This document shows, one piece after another, positions 16,701 to 26,924 of a DNA stretch of 57,827 nucleotides. Every line of letters starts with the position of its first letter. Positions within the stretch are counted from its first letter, which is position 1. The translations under genes were made by a program, and so were the position numbers. Source of the stretch: Candidatus Falkowbacteria bacterium CG1_02_37_21 (GTDB lineage: Bacteria > Patescibacteriota > Patescibacteriia > Patescibacteriales > UBA12465); the NCBI GenBank assembly GCA_001871165.1, contig MNUT01000024.1, positions 1 through 57,827 of the forward strand, in the 5' to 3' direction. Below the pieces are notes generated by a model, which saw only the letters and a program-made list of their open reading frames with translations, was not told the origin of the DNA and ran no database searches.

Positions 16701-17600
16701 ATGGTAATTACTATGACAAAATTCAATCTGATAAAACAGTTCAGAACTAGAAAAATAAGGCTAATCTTGTTTATTTTGTTAGTTATTTTTTCTATTTTGT
16801 TGGTCTGGAGCTTGTCTTTATATAGTGAGAGGGGGAGAGGAAGATTGCTAGTAAATTTTTTAGATATTGGACAGGGTGACGCAGTTCTGATTCGTTTACC
16901 GTCCGGACAAACGATTTTAATTGATGGCGGTCCTGATAATATAATTTTACGTCGCTTGGGAGAATACTTACCTTTTTATCAGCGTCGCTTGGATTATGTT
17001 TTTTATAGCCATTATCATGCCGATCATATCGGCGGTTTGGTGGAAATAATAAAACGTTATGAAGTCAATAATTTAGTTTACGCGCCGGGAGATTACAGCT
17101 CTGCTCTATTAGATACCTTAGAACAGAGTGCCGCCGCTTCTCAAGCGAACGATATGCCGATTATTTCTACAGCCCAAATTAATTTTTCCGATGATTGTTT
17201 CTTAAATTTATTAAATCCGAGATTATTACAAGTTCCGGCCGACCAAAATAATTCTTTAGTCATTTATTTAAATTGTGCTGGAAAAAAGTTTTTATTTAGT
17301 GGTGACAATAATCATAGAGTGGAGCAAGCGCTTTTAGCCCTGAGTGCTGATCAAGAAAATTGTGATCGCTTTGCGTGTGATTTATGGGTTGATGTTTTTA
17401 AAGCTTCGCATCATGGCTCTAAAACCGCCAACAGTGAGGAATTTTTATTGGCTCTGCAAGTACAATTATTAGTTATTTCGGTGGGGGTAGATAACCGTTT
17501 TGGGCACCCTTATCCGGCGACACTGGAGAGAGCTAAATCATTGGGAATAATCGTTAAACGTACGGATTTAGACGGCACCATAAGTTTTGATGGCTCGTAG
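16701..17600 (+). CDS. ComEC/Rec2-type metallo-beta-lactamase domain protein with a single N-terminal TM helix and no channel domain
   Basis: VNFLDIGQGDAVLIRLPSGQTILIDGGP and HYHADHIGG are the ComEC C-terminal MBL signature. The start is moved to the ATG at 16701 because the terminator covers the TTG at 16668. ATG 16713 is also possible. Confidence 0.75.
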   Translation: MVITMTKFNLIKQFRTRKIRLILFILLVIFSILLVWSLSLYSERGRGRLLVNFLDIGQGDAVLIRLPSGQTILIDGGPDNIILRRLGEYLPFYQRRLDYVFYSHYHADHIGGLVEIIKRYEVNNLVYAPGDYSSALLDTLEQSAAASQANDMPIISTAQINFSDDCFLNLLNPRLLQVPADQNNSLVIYLNCAGKKFLFSGDNNHRVEQALLALSADQENCDRFACDLWVDVFKASHHGSKTANSEEFLLALQVQLLVISVGVDNRFGHPYPATLERAKSLGIIVKRTDLDGTISFDGS

Positions 17601-17653
17601 GCGGGATTGCTAAAAAATGGTCATTTTTCGCGATTATTTTCAATATTTTTAAG

Positions 17654-17682
17654 TTGACCGAGCCCTAGTCTTTTGTTATAAT
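17654..17682 (+). promoter_or_regulatory. Sigma70-type promoter
   Basis: -35 TTGACC (17654-17659), 17-nt spacer and extended -10 TGTTATAAT (17674-17682). Confidence 0.6.
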
Positions 17683-17726
17683 AAATATAGCTTTGAAGCT
17701 TTTTTTATATAGAATACAGTTATAAT

Positions 17727-18374
17727 ATGATTATTACTTGGCAAGGACAGTCTTGTTTTAAAATACAGGATAAGACTGGCACGGATGGGGTCACTGTTGT
17801 GACTGATCCTTTTGATAAAGCTGTCGGCTTAAAAGTTCCAAATTTTGAAGCTGATATAGTTACCGTTTCTCATCAACACCATGATCATAATAATGTTGGC
17901 GCTTTGCGCGGCAACCCTTTTTTAATTGATTGTGCCGGTGAATATGACTTTAAAGATGTCTTAATTGAGGGCATTGATTCTTATCATGATGAAAAGGAAG
18001 GAGCGGAACGTGGTTTTAATATTATTTATAGAATAGAGATAGATGATATTTCGGTGGCTCATTTAGGTGATTTGGGCCATGTGTTAGATAATACACAGAT
18101 AGAAAAATTAGCCGGCACCGATATTTTGCTTATTCCTGTTGGCGGCAATTATACTTTGGATGCTAAAAAGGCGATGGAGATAATTGCACAGATTGAGCCT
18201 CGTATTGTAATCCCGATGCATTATAAAGTGAAAGATTTGAAATTAGACATTGACGGAGTGGATAAATTTATCAAAGAAATCGGTTTAACCCCAACTTACG
18301 AAGACAAATTAAAAATTTCCAAGAAAGATTTGCCGGCGGAAGAGATGGAATTAGTTATTTTAAATTTAAATTAA
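17727..18374 (+). CDS. MBL-fold metal-dependent hydrolase (UPF0173-like)
   Basis: 215 aa with HQHHDH (HxHxDH) and downstream His/Asp ligands. Confidence 0.8.
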   Translation: MIITWQGQSCFKIQDKTGTDGVTVVTDPFDKAVGLKVPNFEADIVTVSHQHHDHNNVGALRGNPFLIDCAGEYDFKDVLIEGIDSYHDEKEGAERGFNIIYRIEIDDISVAHLGDLGHVLDNTQIEKLAGTDILLIPVGGNYTLDAKKAMEIIAQIEPRIVIPMHYKVKDLKLDIDGVDKFIKEIGLTPTYEDKLKISKKDLPAEEMELVILNLN

Positions 18375-18410
18375 TAATATTAACTTATCGCGTTTGCGTG
18401 AAAATATAAT

Positions 18411-19007
18411 ATGAATAAAAAAGAAAAAACTTTAGTTATTCTTAAGCCGGATGCCGTTCAGCGTGGTTTAATCGGAGAAACTATTAAGCGTATAGAGAGC
18501 ACTGGTTTAAAGTTGGTGGCTTTAAAAATTACTATGGCCACTGAAGATCAGTTATGGGAGCATTATAATAAAGATGATGAATGGTTTATTAAAAAAGGAG
18601 AAAGAACCATACTTGAACGTCAGGCCGCCGGCATGGTAGTTGATAAAGAAGCGATTGAATATGGTAAAGATATTATTCGCCTTTTAGTTAAGTTTATGAC
18701 GGCGGGACCGGTGGTACCAATGATTTGGGAGGGAAACCAGGCGGTCGGAATTATAAAAAAATTAGTGGGAGCAACTGAGCCCTTGTCATCTGAGGCTGGC
18801 ACTATTCGGGGTGACTATACTTTGGATTCTTACGGTTTAGCTAGTTTGGACGAAAGAGCGGTTCGTAATTTAGTTCATTGCTCTGACCCTGTGACTGATG
18901 CGGCGCGAGAGATTCCTCTCTGGTTTACCGATAAGGAAATTTTACAGTATCGTTTAGTAGCGGAACAAATTTTATACGACGTGAACTTGGATGGTTTACA
19001 TGAGTAA
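18411..19007 (+). CDS. ndk: Nucleoside diphosphate kinase, long variant
   Basis: 198 aa. TLVILKPDAV, FMTAGPVV and the active-site NLVHCSD (cf. NxxHGSD). It carries about 27-aa and about 10-aa insertions relative to canonical 140-150 aa Ndk proteins. Confidence 0.8.
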   Translation: MNKKEKTLVILKPDAVQRGLIGETIKRIESTGLKLVALKITMATEDQLWEHYNKDDEWFIKKGERTILERQAAGMVVDKEAIEYGKDIIRLLVKFMTAGPVVPMIWEGNQAVGIIKKLVGATEPLSSEAGTIRGDYTLDSYGLASLDERAVRNLVHCSDPVTDAAREIPLWFTDKEILQYRLVAEQILYDVNLDGLHE

Positions 19008-19533
19008 TTTGTTTGATAATTACATGTTTGGTGATAGTCACAAAAAATTATTATTAATGAAAATTAGTGTCAGTGTTTTGGCGCTCGGTCTATTTTTATT
19101 GTGGTCTTTTAATTTAAAAAACATTTGGAATTTAAGCAGTCAAACAGCTAAAAATTCTAATGATACCAGTGCTTGGGAAGTTTTAAGAAATGATGTGAGC
19201 CGGACTATGGCGATGGCGCGCGGTCAGTTTAATCAAATATCCGATACCCAAGAAGAAGCCAGTGCTAATCAGGGGCAAGATTTTTTATTGGATGTATTAG
19301 CAACGGCTAGACAGACAGTGGCTAGCACTACTGGCACCACGAGTATTGAGATTATTCCGGTGATCATTTCTCCTCCGATTGTTAATATCCCTCCTCCCGC
19401 GACGCCAATAAAAAATATTAATTGTCCGGATTGGATTAATTGTATGCCAACCGTAGTCGGTACTAACGATAATATGTCTTCAATTTGTCAGGTTCCGGTC
19501 GGATGTGAAGGAATCACACAAATTGCCTATTAA
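18991..19533 (+). CDS. Hypothetical membrane-anchored protein with a Cys-containing C-terminus
   Basis: 180 aa with one TM helix (ISVSVLALGLFLLWSF). It overlaps the end of ndk. An alternative ATG lies at 19000. Confidence 0.55.
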   Translation: MVYMSNLFDNYMFGDSHKKLLLMKISVSVLALGLFLLWSFNLKNIWNLSSQTAKNSNDTSAWEVLRNDVSRTMAMARGQFNQISDTQEEASANQGQDFLLDVLATARQTVASTTGTTSIEIIPVIISPPIVNIPPPATPIKNINCPDWINCMPTVVGTNDNMSSICQVPVGCEGITQIAY

Positions 19534-19549
19534 TTTTTAAATCCTATTT

Positions 19550-22090
19550 ATGCCCAAATCAGATATTTCTAAATCAGATTCTGCCGAAGAACCAAAAAAA
19601 AATATTGCTGAGCCGTCTGTGTCTAATAACGCTCGTCGAGTTACCGTTTATGGCACGGTTCAGGACCAGCCTTTGACAGAGGAAATGAGCAAGTCTTATT
19701 TGGAATATGCCATGAGTGTTATTGTTTCACGCGCTTTGCCGGATGTGCGTGATGGTTTAAAGCCGGTGCATCGCCGTATTTTATATGCGATGTGGAGTAT
19801 TGGTTTGCGGGCTAACGCTAAATTTCGTAAATCAGCTACTGTAGTCGGAGAAGTTTTGGGTAAATATCATCCGCATGGCGATTCGGCTGTTTATGATACT
19901 ATGGTGCGTCTGGCTCAAGATTTTTCTATGCGCTATCCTTTGGTGCGTGGTCAGGGTAACTTTGGTTCTATGGATGGTGATAACGCGGCCGCTATGCGTT
20001 ACACGGAAGCAAAACTATCAGCTGTATCCGAAGAGATGCTATTTGATATTGAAAAAGACACTGTAGACTTTATTCCTAATTATGATGGCAGTCATCAGGA
20101 ACCCCGTCTTTTGCCTGCTAAACTACCAAATCTACTTCTTAATGGAACGATGGGTATTGCGGTTGGTATGTCTACTAATATTCCGCCTCATAATTTGCGA
20201 GAGTTGTCAGGAGCCATTGATCTTTTGATTACTAATCCCGATGCCTCAGTGGAAGACTTAATGCAATTTGTAAAAGGACCGGATTTTCCGACGGGAGGAA
20301 TTATTTATGATCAGAAAGAAATTCAAAATGCTTATGCAACCGGTAAAGGCGGAGTTGTTGTCCGGGGACGAGCAGAAGTGGTAGAAGAAAAGAGTGGTGG
20401 CTGGCGCATAATTATTTCCGAAATTCCTTATCAGGTTAATAAAGCTGATTTAGTTGAAAAAATTGCCAATTTGGTTAAGGACAAAAAAGTTGACGGCATT
20501 AAAGCTCTGCGCGATGAGTCCGATAAGGATGGCGTTCGTATTGTGATTGAATTGAAAAAAGATTCTTACCCTAAAAAGGTCTTGAATAGTTTATATAAAC
20601 ACACTTCCTTGCAGACAACTTTTCATTTGAACATGCTGGCCTTAGTGGACGGTATTCAGCCTAAAGTCTTGACCTTGAAGATGATTTTGCAGGAGTATAT
20701 AAAACATCGTGAAGATGTGGTGCGTCGTCGTACCATGTTTGACTTAAATAAAGCTAAAGATAGAGCCCATATTTTAGAGGGCTTAATGATTGCTTTAAAA
20801 CACATTGACGAAGTTATTAAAACTATTAAAGCTTCCAAAGACAAGGAAGTGGCGAAAGTTAATTTGATTAAGAAATTTAAATTATCGGAACGTCAGGCGG
20901 TTGCTATTCTGGAGATGCGTTTACAGAACTTGGCTAATTTAGAACAATTACGAGTAGAGGAGGAATTAAAAGAAAAACAGAAATTAATTAAAGAATTGGA
21001 AGCTATTTTAAAGTCGGTTACGAAAATACGTTCTATTGTTAAAGATGAATTGCAAGTCTTAACGGAAAAATTTGGCGATGAACGCAGAACTCAAGTGATA
21101 GCGCATGGTATTAAGGAGTTTAGTATGGAAGATTTGGTTCCTAATGAAGAAACGGTAGTGATGATGACTCGGGATGGTTATATTAAACGTTTGGAGCCGG
21201 ATACTTTTAAAGTTCAGGCTCGCGGCGGTAAGGGTGTGATGGGCTTGTCTACTAAAGAGGAGGATATGGTGGAATTTATGTTTTCTTCCCAGACGCATAA
21301 TGATGTGCTCTTCTTTACAACTAAGGGGCGCGTTTTCCAGTTAAAAATTTATGAAATACCGGCGGCCTCACGTATTGCTAAAGGTACTCCGGTTGTTAAT
21401 TTCCTGCAGTTAATCGGGGGCGAGCAAGTGTCTTCTATTTTACCTTTGGATAAAACAGTATTCAGTAAATATTTATTTTTTGCGACCGAGAAGGGCTTGG
21501 TTAAAAAAGTTGAATTAAATGCTTTTGCTAATGTGCGTCGTTCCGGTTTAATTGCTATTAAGATTAAGGGGGAAGATAAATTAATTTGGGTAAAACCGAC
21601 TTCCGGCAGTGACCATATTCATTTAGTAACCTCTAAAGGACAGGCTATTAGATTTTCTGAGACTGACGTCAGAGAAATGGGTCGCGGAGCGGCGGGTGTA
21701 CATGGTATTCGCTTACATAAGGACGATACGGTCATCGGTATGGGTGTTGCTAAAACCGATAAAGAGAAAAAACGTAATTATCAGATTTTAACTATTATGG
21801 CGCATGGTTTTGGTAAACGTACGGAATTTAGTTCCTATAAAGTTCAGGGTCGTGGTGGTAGTGGTATTAAGACCGCTAAAGTTACCACTAAAACCGGTGA
21901 CATAACTAATGCTTTTCTAGTCAATGCGGATAATATGACCGATCGTGACATTGTCGTTATTTCTTCACAAGGACAAGTTATTCGCACCCCCTTTAAGTCA
22001 GTGAGTATTTTGGGTCGCGATACCCAGGGAGTTCGTATTATGCGCTTTAAAGCTGAGGGCGATCAGGTTGCTGGCGTTACCTGGGTTTAG
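19550..22090 (+). CDS. gyrA: DNA gyrase subunit A
   Basis: 846 aa. [41 protein letters not shown] and a C-terminal beta-pinwheel repeat region. Confidence 0.95.
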   Translation: MPKSDISKSDSAEEPKKNIAEPSVSNNARRVTVYGTVQDQPLTEEMSKSYLEYAMSVIVSRALPDVRDGLKPVHRRILYAMWSIGLRANAKFRKSATVVGEVLGKYHPHGDSAVYDTMVRLAQDFSMRYPLVRGQGNFGSMDGDNAAAMRYTEAKLSAVSEEMLFDIEKDTVDFIPNYDGSHQEPRLLPAKLPNLLLNGTMGIAVGMSTNIPPHNLRELSGAIDLLITNPDASVEDLMQFVKGPDFPTGGIIYDQKEIQNAYATGKGGVVVRGRAEVVEEKSGGWRIIISEIPYQVNKADLVEKIANLVKDKKVDGIKALRDESDKDGVRIVIELKKDSYPKKVLNSLYKHTSLQTTFHLNMLALVDGIQPKVLTLKMILQEYIKHREDVVRRRTMFDLNKAKDRAHILEGLMIALKHIDEVIKTIKASKDKEVAKVNLIKKFKLSERQAVAILEMRLQNLANLEQLRVEEELKEKQKLIKELEAILKSVTKIRSIVKDELQVLTEKFGDERRTQVIAHGIKEFSMEDLVPNEETVVMMTRDGYIKRLEPDTFKVQARGGKGVMGLSTKEEDMVEFMFSSQTHNDVLFFTTKGRVFQLKIYEIPAASRIAKGTPVVNFLQLIGGEQVSSILPLDKTVFSKYLFFATEKGLVKKVELNAFANVRRSGLIAIKIKGEDKLIWVKPTSGSDHIHLVTSKGQAIRFSETDVREMGRGAAGVHGIRLHKDDTVIGMGVAKTDKEKKRNYQILTIMAHGFGKRTEFSSYKVQGRGGSGIKTAKVTTKTGDITNAFLVNADNMTDRDIVVISSQGQVIRTPFKSVSILGRDTQGVRIMRFKAEGDQVAGVTWV

Positions 22091-22110
22091 TCGCAGTAAT
22101 AGTTGATAAT

Positions 22111-22536
22111 ATGAAAAAATTTATCAAGGAGTTTAAAGATTTTGCCGTTAAAGGCAATGCGGTTGATTTGGCTGTAGCTGTTATTATTGGCGGTGCTTTT
22201 GGGAAAATAGTTTCTTCTTTGGTGGCGGATATTATTATGCCTCCTTTGGGACTCTTGCTTGGTGGTGTAAATTTTTCCGATTGGCAGTGGATTATTAAGT
22301 CGGCTAGTGCCGATCAAGCCGCTTCAGTTATCAATATTGGTATTTTTTTACAAAATATTTTAGATTTTTTGATAATTGCTTTAGCGGTTTTCTTTATGGT
22401 TAAGGGTTTGGTTATGTTGAAACGACAGGTGATAAATGAAAATAAGTCGCCTAGTCCTAATATTCCCTCTGCTCCGACTAAGGAACAAGAGCTGTTGACG
22501 GAGATTCGGGATTTGTTGAAAAATAAGGTGAATTAA
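22111..22536 (+). CDS. mscL: Large-conductance mechanosensitive channel
   Basis: 141 aa. FKDFAVKGNAVDLAVAVIIGGAFGKIVSSLVADIIMPP is the canonical MscL N-terminus. Confidence 0.9.
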   Translation: MKKFIKEFKDFAVKGNAVDLAVAVIIGGAFGKIVSSLVADIIMPPLGLLLGGVNFSDWQWIIKSASADQAASVINIGIFLQNILDFLIIALAVFFMVKGLVMLKRQVINENKSPSPNIPSAPTKEQELLTEIRDLLKNKVN

Positions 22537-22538
22537 AT

Positions 22539-23648
22539 ATGGATAATGTTTTGGCAATATTTTTGTTAGTAATCTTAATAGCCGGGGTAATCGGTATCTT
22601 GTTTTTGTTGTTACGTAAAGACCAAACTGGTGATGATAAAAAAATTGATGCCGTATCGGAGCGTTTAATTCAACAATCGGAGAAGTTGAGTCAACTAGCG
22701 CAACAGAATAGTGAGTTACGACAAGAGCTAGACAGAAAACTTTCTGAAACACATCGTACTAACCAGGCGCAGTTTGGACAGAACGCCAAGATTGTACAAA
22801 ATATTACTTCTCAATCAGCTAAACTCATCGCCGACGTTACGGAGAAGTTGACAAAACTTGATGAAACTAATAAACAGGTGGTAAATTTTTCTGCTCAGTT
22901 ACAGAATTTACAAGATATTTTAAAAAATCCCAAACAACGTGGTGTGTTGGGTGAATATTTTTTGGAAGAAACTTTGAAAAATGTATTACCGCCTAAATCT
23001 TTTCAGATGCAGTATCCTTTTAAGGATGGTACGATTGTTGATGCCGTGGTTTTTGTGAAGGACAAGATTATTCCGATTGATGCTAAATTCTCTTTGGAAA
23101 ATTATGAGAAATTAATTAATGCCACTGATAAAGAACAACGCGTGAAATTGGAGCAACAGTTTAAGCAGGATTTAAAAAATCGGATTGATGAAACGGCTAA
23201 GTATGTGAAACCGTCCGAGGGCACTTTGGAATTTGCTTTTATGTTTATCCCTTCGGAGGCTATTTACTATGATTTATTGGTTAATTCCGTTGGCACGGTT
23301 AAAGTTAATACCCGCGATTTAATTGAATATGCTTTTCGTGATAAGAAGGTGATTATTGTGTCTCCGACTTCATTTTTAGCTTATTTACAGACAGTTTTAC
23401 AGGGTTTAAAAGCCATGCAAATTGAAGAAAAAGCTAAGGAAATACGGGCTAATATTGAAAAATTGGGGCGGCACATGGGTAGTTATGATGAGTTTATGAA
23501 AAAGTTAGGTAACGCTATGTCGACAACTGTTAATCATTATAATAATGCCTACGCCGAATTTAAAAAGATTGATAAAGATGTGACCAAAATTACTGATAAG
23601 GAGAGTAAGATTGAGGTTTTAAAAATTGAACGTCCTAAAGATAATTAG
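22539..23648 (+). CDS. rmuC: DNA recombination protein RmuC
   Basis: 369 aa. N-terminal TM helix, coiled coil, then KQRGVLGEYFLEETL and FMFIPSEAIY, typical of RmuC. Confidence 0.8.
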   Translation: MDNVLAIFLLVILIAGVIGILFLLLRKDQTGDDKKIDAVSERLIQQSEKLSQLAQQNSELRQELDRKLSETHRTNQAQFGQNAKIVQNITSQSAKLIADVTEKLTKLDETNKQVVNFSAQLQNLQDILKNPKQRGVLGEYFLEETLKNVLPPKSFQMQYPFKDGTIVDAVVFVKDKIIPIDAKFSLENYEKLINATDKEQRVKLEQQFKQDLKNRIDETAKYVKPSEGTLEFAFMFIPSEAIYYDLLVNSVGTVKVNTRDLIEYAFRDKKVIIVSPTSFLAYLQTVLQGLKAMQIEEKAKEIRANIEKLGRHMGSYDEFMKKLGNAMSTTVNHYNNAYAEFKKIDKDVTKITDKESKIEVLKIERPKDN

Positions 23649-23653
23649 TTTTT

Positions 23654-24538
23654 ATGTCGAGCTTAAATACCGAGGCGACAAAATTAACGGACTTAGAATT
23701 AAGAGAGGCAATCATTAAAACGATTGCTTTCTTTGATTTATTTGACTGGCCCTTAACAGCCCGGGAAATTAAAAAAAATTTTGCCGGTCGGGCGTCATTA
23801 TCAGAAGTTATAAAGTTATTGGATAAAGAGCTTGGGTTTAATGAAGAAACGGAAGAAAAAAAATCAGCTAAGGTTATAGATAGTCAAGACGGTTTTTATT
23901 TTTTATCCGGTCGCTCTGCTATTATCGCTATTCGTCAGCAGCGTTATAATTATTTTGTGAGAAAATTAAAGATTGCCCGTCGCTTTGCTCGAGTGTTTAG
24001 TTTTTTCCCATTTGTCCAAAAAGTATATTTAAGTAATGTCATAGGCTCTTATAATCTGCGAGATGGCAGTGATATTGATTTTCTGGTAGTTACCACTCCG
24101 CAACGTTTGTGGCTAAGTCGTTTATATTGCGCCGGTCTGGCAAAAATTCTAAATCGTCGTCCGACGCCAAGTTATAAGCGAGATACTATTTGTTTAAGTT
24201 TTTATATGTCCGCGGATTACCAGGATTGGCATGATTTACGTCTTATTGGTGACGATCCATATTTTGATTACTGGCGTAATAATTTAGTTTTATTGTATAA
24301 TAGAGATAGACAATATAATTTTATAAAATTTTTGGATAAGTTAGGTAATTTATTGGAGGTGGCTGTAAAAAAATTACAATTAAAAATTATGCCGTCGTAT
24401 TTACGGACGGCTATTAATAATTCTGACGGGGTAGTTGTCAATGATTCCGTTTTAAAGTTTTATATTCACGATCGGCGTCGTGAATATGCCGATAAATATG
24501 CAAAAAAAATTCAAGAAATATTTAGCGCGATTAATTGA
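23654..24538 (+). CDS. Hypothetical protein with a nucleotidyltransferase-like motif
   Basis: 294 aa. GSYNLRDGSDIDFLVVT resembles the GS...DxD minimal nucleotidyltransferase signature. It ends in TGA. Confidence 0.5.
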   Translation: MSSLNTEATKLTDLELREAIIKTIAFFDLFDWPLTAREIKKNFAGRASLSEVIKLLDKELGFNEETEEKKSAKVIDSQDGFYFLSGRSAIIAIRQQRYNYFVRKLKIARRFARVFSFFPFVQKVYLSNVIGSYNLRDGSDIDFLVVTTPQRLWLSRLYCAGLAKILNRRPTPSYKRDTICLSFYMSADYQDWHDLRLIGDDPYFDYWRNNLVLLYNRDRQYNFIKFLDKLGNLLEVAVKKLQLKIMPSYLRTAINNSDGVVVNDSVLKFYIHDRRREYADKYAKKIQEIFSAIN

Positions 24539-25799
24539 ATATAGTTTTTATGTTTTTGTTTTTTCTTTTCTTTGGCAAACAAAGTTAATTCTTCGTCCGG
24601 CCTCATCAAATTTTAATGAAATTTCTTTATATTTCAGTCATTTTTTATTACTGTTAATTCTTATCGAATTTTTTGTATATAAATTACGATTTCGCGGCGA
24701 AGAAGAACCGGTCTCTCCTCTTTGGTTAACTTTGGCCGGATTAGAACTAGGAATCTTGTTTTCTTTTTTCTTTGCCTCTGATCAATGGTTGTCTTTTTAT
24801 TTTTATGTTTTATTTTTATCAGGCATTGCTTTATTTTATTTGCTTAGAGAAGGTCATGCCGCTTATGATTGCGATGACCCTGGTGTGGATAAAGTGAAAA
24901 TAATTTATAGTTTTTTGGCCAGTCTTTTTCTGCAAGCTACTCTTGGTATTTACCAATTTTTAACTCAACATGCTCCGGCTAATAAATATTTGGGATTAGC
25001 GCTCCATGATCCTAATACTTTAGGGACATCTGTAGTTGAAGCGGTCTCCGGTCGCTGGTTAAGAGCTTATGGCGGTTTTGATCATCCCAATATTTTTGGT
25101 GGAGTTTTAGCGGTAGCTTTAGTTATTTCCGCTTATTTACTGGCCAGTCGAAAAGTGATTCGCCGCAAGAGTGATGTTGTGGAGTCATTATCTTTATTTA
25201 TTTTTCATTTTGTTGCTTTGTTTGCCTTGTTCTTTAGCTTTTCTCGTGCTGCCTGGCTGGCAACAATTGTCGGCTGGCTAGTTCTTTGTGTGGTCTTGGC
25301 TCTAAAGAGAGATGCTTGGATCTTCGGCAGATTTTTAGTTTTGATGTTTTTTTCCGCGGTCATGGTTTTAATTGTTGTCATTCCCTATCAAGATTTATGT
25401 CGTGTTAGAATAGAGGCGACCAGTCGTTTGGAAAATAAATCTGTCACGGAGCGTCTTTCCTATGTTCAAGAAGCTAAGGAATTGTGGTCGCAGAATTGGG
25501 TAACCGGTGTCGGGGTCGGTAATTATTTATTGGCCCTAGAGAAGAAGGCCTCTGTAAAAAAAGCGGCTTGGGATTATCAGCCGGTTCATAATGTTTTTCT
25601 GCTATTAGGAGCTGAGAGTGGTATTTTTACTGTATTATTTTTTGTTTCTTTCTTGTTTATTTTAATAACAAAAAACCGCCGTGAAGTTTTCGCGCCGGCT
25701 TTATTTGCCACTATTTTAGTATTGATGTTATTTGATCATTGGCTAATTAGTTTACCCTTTGGCATTATCTTCCTGTTTTTGATATTGGGCCTTTTGTAG
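24498..25799 (+). CDS. O-antigen ligase (Wzy_C)-like polytopic membrane protein
   Basis: About 10 TM helices, with FSFSRAAWLA in a Wzy_C-like loop. The track start at 24480 is GTG. The ATG at 24498 (MQKKFKKY) is preferred but uncertain. Confidence 0.7.
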   Translation: MQKKFKKYLARLIEYSFYVFVFSFLWQTKLILRPASSNFNEISLYFSHFLLLLILIEFFVYKLRFRGEEEPVSPLWLTLAGLELGILFSFFFASDQWLSFYFYVLFLSGIALFYLLREGHAAYDCDDPGVDKVKIIYSFLASLFLQATLGIYQFLTQHAPANKYLGLALHDPNTLGTSVVEAVSGRWLRAYGGFDHPNIFGGVLAVALVISAYLLASRKVIRRKSDVVESLSLFIFHFVALFALFFSFSRAAWLATIVGWLVLCVVLALKRDAWIFGRFLVLMFFSAVMVLIVVIPYQDLCRVRIEATSRLENKSVTERLSYVQEAKELWSQNWVTGVGVGNYLLALEKKASVKKAAWDYQPVHNVFLLLGAESGIFTVLFFVSFLFILITKNRREVFAPALFATILVLMLFDHWLISLPFGIIFLFLILGLL

Positions 25800-26055
25800 C
25801 TGTTATTTTATTTTGTTTCAGTCGTTTGCCAATATAATAATTTTTTTGTAAAAAGACTAAATCGGATTCTAAATTTTTGAGAGTTTTATTCAGAAGGGCG
25901 ACGTTTTTAACGCCGTCTTTTTTGATTTCTTGTTTAAGAAGGGATAAGACGGTGGCGATGGTGCCAAAATAATCATCACTGGCCACGTGTCTGCGGACGC
26001 TGACTTCATCTTTAAGTAAACGAGCAGAGGTTTTAATTTGATATTTTTGAATCAT
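25765..26055 (-). CDS. Hypothetical helical protein downstream of radC
   Basis: 96 aa. It is co-directional with radC, 31 nt downstream of it. Its 3' end overlaps the convergent gene by 35 nt. No recognisable motif. Confidence 0.4.
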   Translation of the reverse strand: MIQKYQIKTSARLLKDEVSVRRHVASDDYFGTIATVLSLLKQEIKKDGVKNVALLNKTLKNLESDLVFLQKNYYIGKRLKQNKITATKGPISKTGR

Positions 26056-26086
26056 AAACAGACAGCGATGTTAATGATGTGACTAC

Positions 26087-26818
26087 TTAAATTATACTTG
26101 AGAATTTATTTTTGGCGATTATAATATGATCTAATATTTCAATATCAAGAACATTACCGGCTTCAATTAATTTATTGGTAATATCGACATCGGCTTGGGT
26201 GGCTTTTAATACTCCGGAGGGGTGATTGTGGGCGATAATTATAGCGGCAGCGGAATATTCTAGAGCGGGACGGAAAACTTCGCGCGGGCTAACTAAGGAA
26301 GCATCTAAAGTTCCCAGAGAAATAACTTCATCATGAATTAACTGATAGTGCGTGTTTAAGTATAAGCCGCGGAATTGTTCTTTGTTTAAATTTCCCATAT
26401 CTTTTAGATGAGCGAAAGCTTGCGGAGCGGTGCGGATAGTAATAGATGCGCCCGGTTTTTTCTGATAAAAACGACGACCTAATTCAAAACAGGCGACAAT
26501 CTGACAGGCCTTAGTGAGGGGAATATTTAAATCTTTTTCAATTAAATTGGGATCTTTTTGATAGGCAATCCCTTTTTCGCCATATTCGCGTAGTAAACGA
26601 TTAGCCATTGAATACACTTCCTCTTTTTTGGTGCCGACACCAAGGACCACGGCTAATAATTCAGCCGAACTTAAAGAGCCAACACCATTATTAATTATTT
26701 TTTCGCGTGGTTTATCCTCATCCGGTAAATCCCTAATTTTGAGGATTTTATAATGTTTGGTGTTGTTTATAACCGGATAGCTTAAAACAAGACTGCGATC
26801 GCTAATTTTGTAAGACAT
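26087..26818 (-). CDS. radC: RadC-family JAB/MPN-domain protein
   Basis: 243 aa. HNHPSG metalloprotease-like motif and an N-terminal HhH-type region (LSSAELLAVVLGVG). Confidence 0.85.
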   Translation of the reverse strand: MSYKISDRSLVLSYPVINNTKHYKILKIRDLPDEDKPREKIINNGVGSLSSAELLAVVLGVGTKKEEVYSMANRLLREYGEKGIAYQKDPNLIEKDLNIPLTKACQIVACFELGRRFYQKKPGASITIRTAPQAFAHLKDMGNLNKEQFRGLYLNTHYQLIHDEVISLGTLDASLVSPREVFRPALEYSAAAIIIAHNHPSGVLKATQADVDITNKLIEAGNVLDIEILDHIIIAKNKFSSII

Positions 26819-26924
26819 AATTATGTTTTAGTTTCTTGCTTTAAATTATATCAAAGATATGCTAAATTTAAAACACGATTGATTGTCAAAGCCTCTCATA
26901 TTTACTGAATTTAACTAATTATTT

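Noticed and set aside
22087-22752. Minus-strand ORFs 22087..22317 (76 aa) and 22381..22752 (123 aa)
   Set aside because: They lie antisense to the well-supported mscL and rmuC genes, their products are Arg/His/Gln-rich, and they carry no motifs.
24536-24538. Alternative genetic code (UGA recoded, as in some CPR lineages)
   Set aside because: TGA terminates ORFs at sensible positions (e.g. 24536-24538, and 921-923 on the minus strand), and all conserved genes are intact under the standard code.
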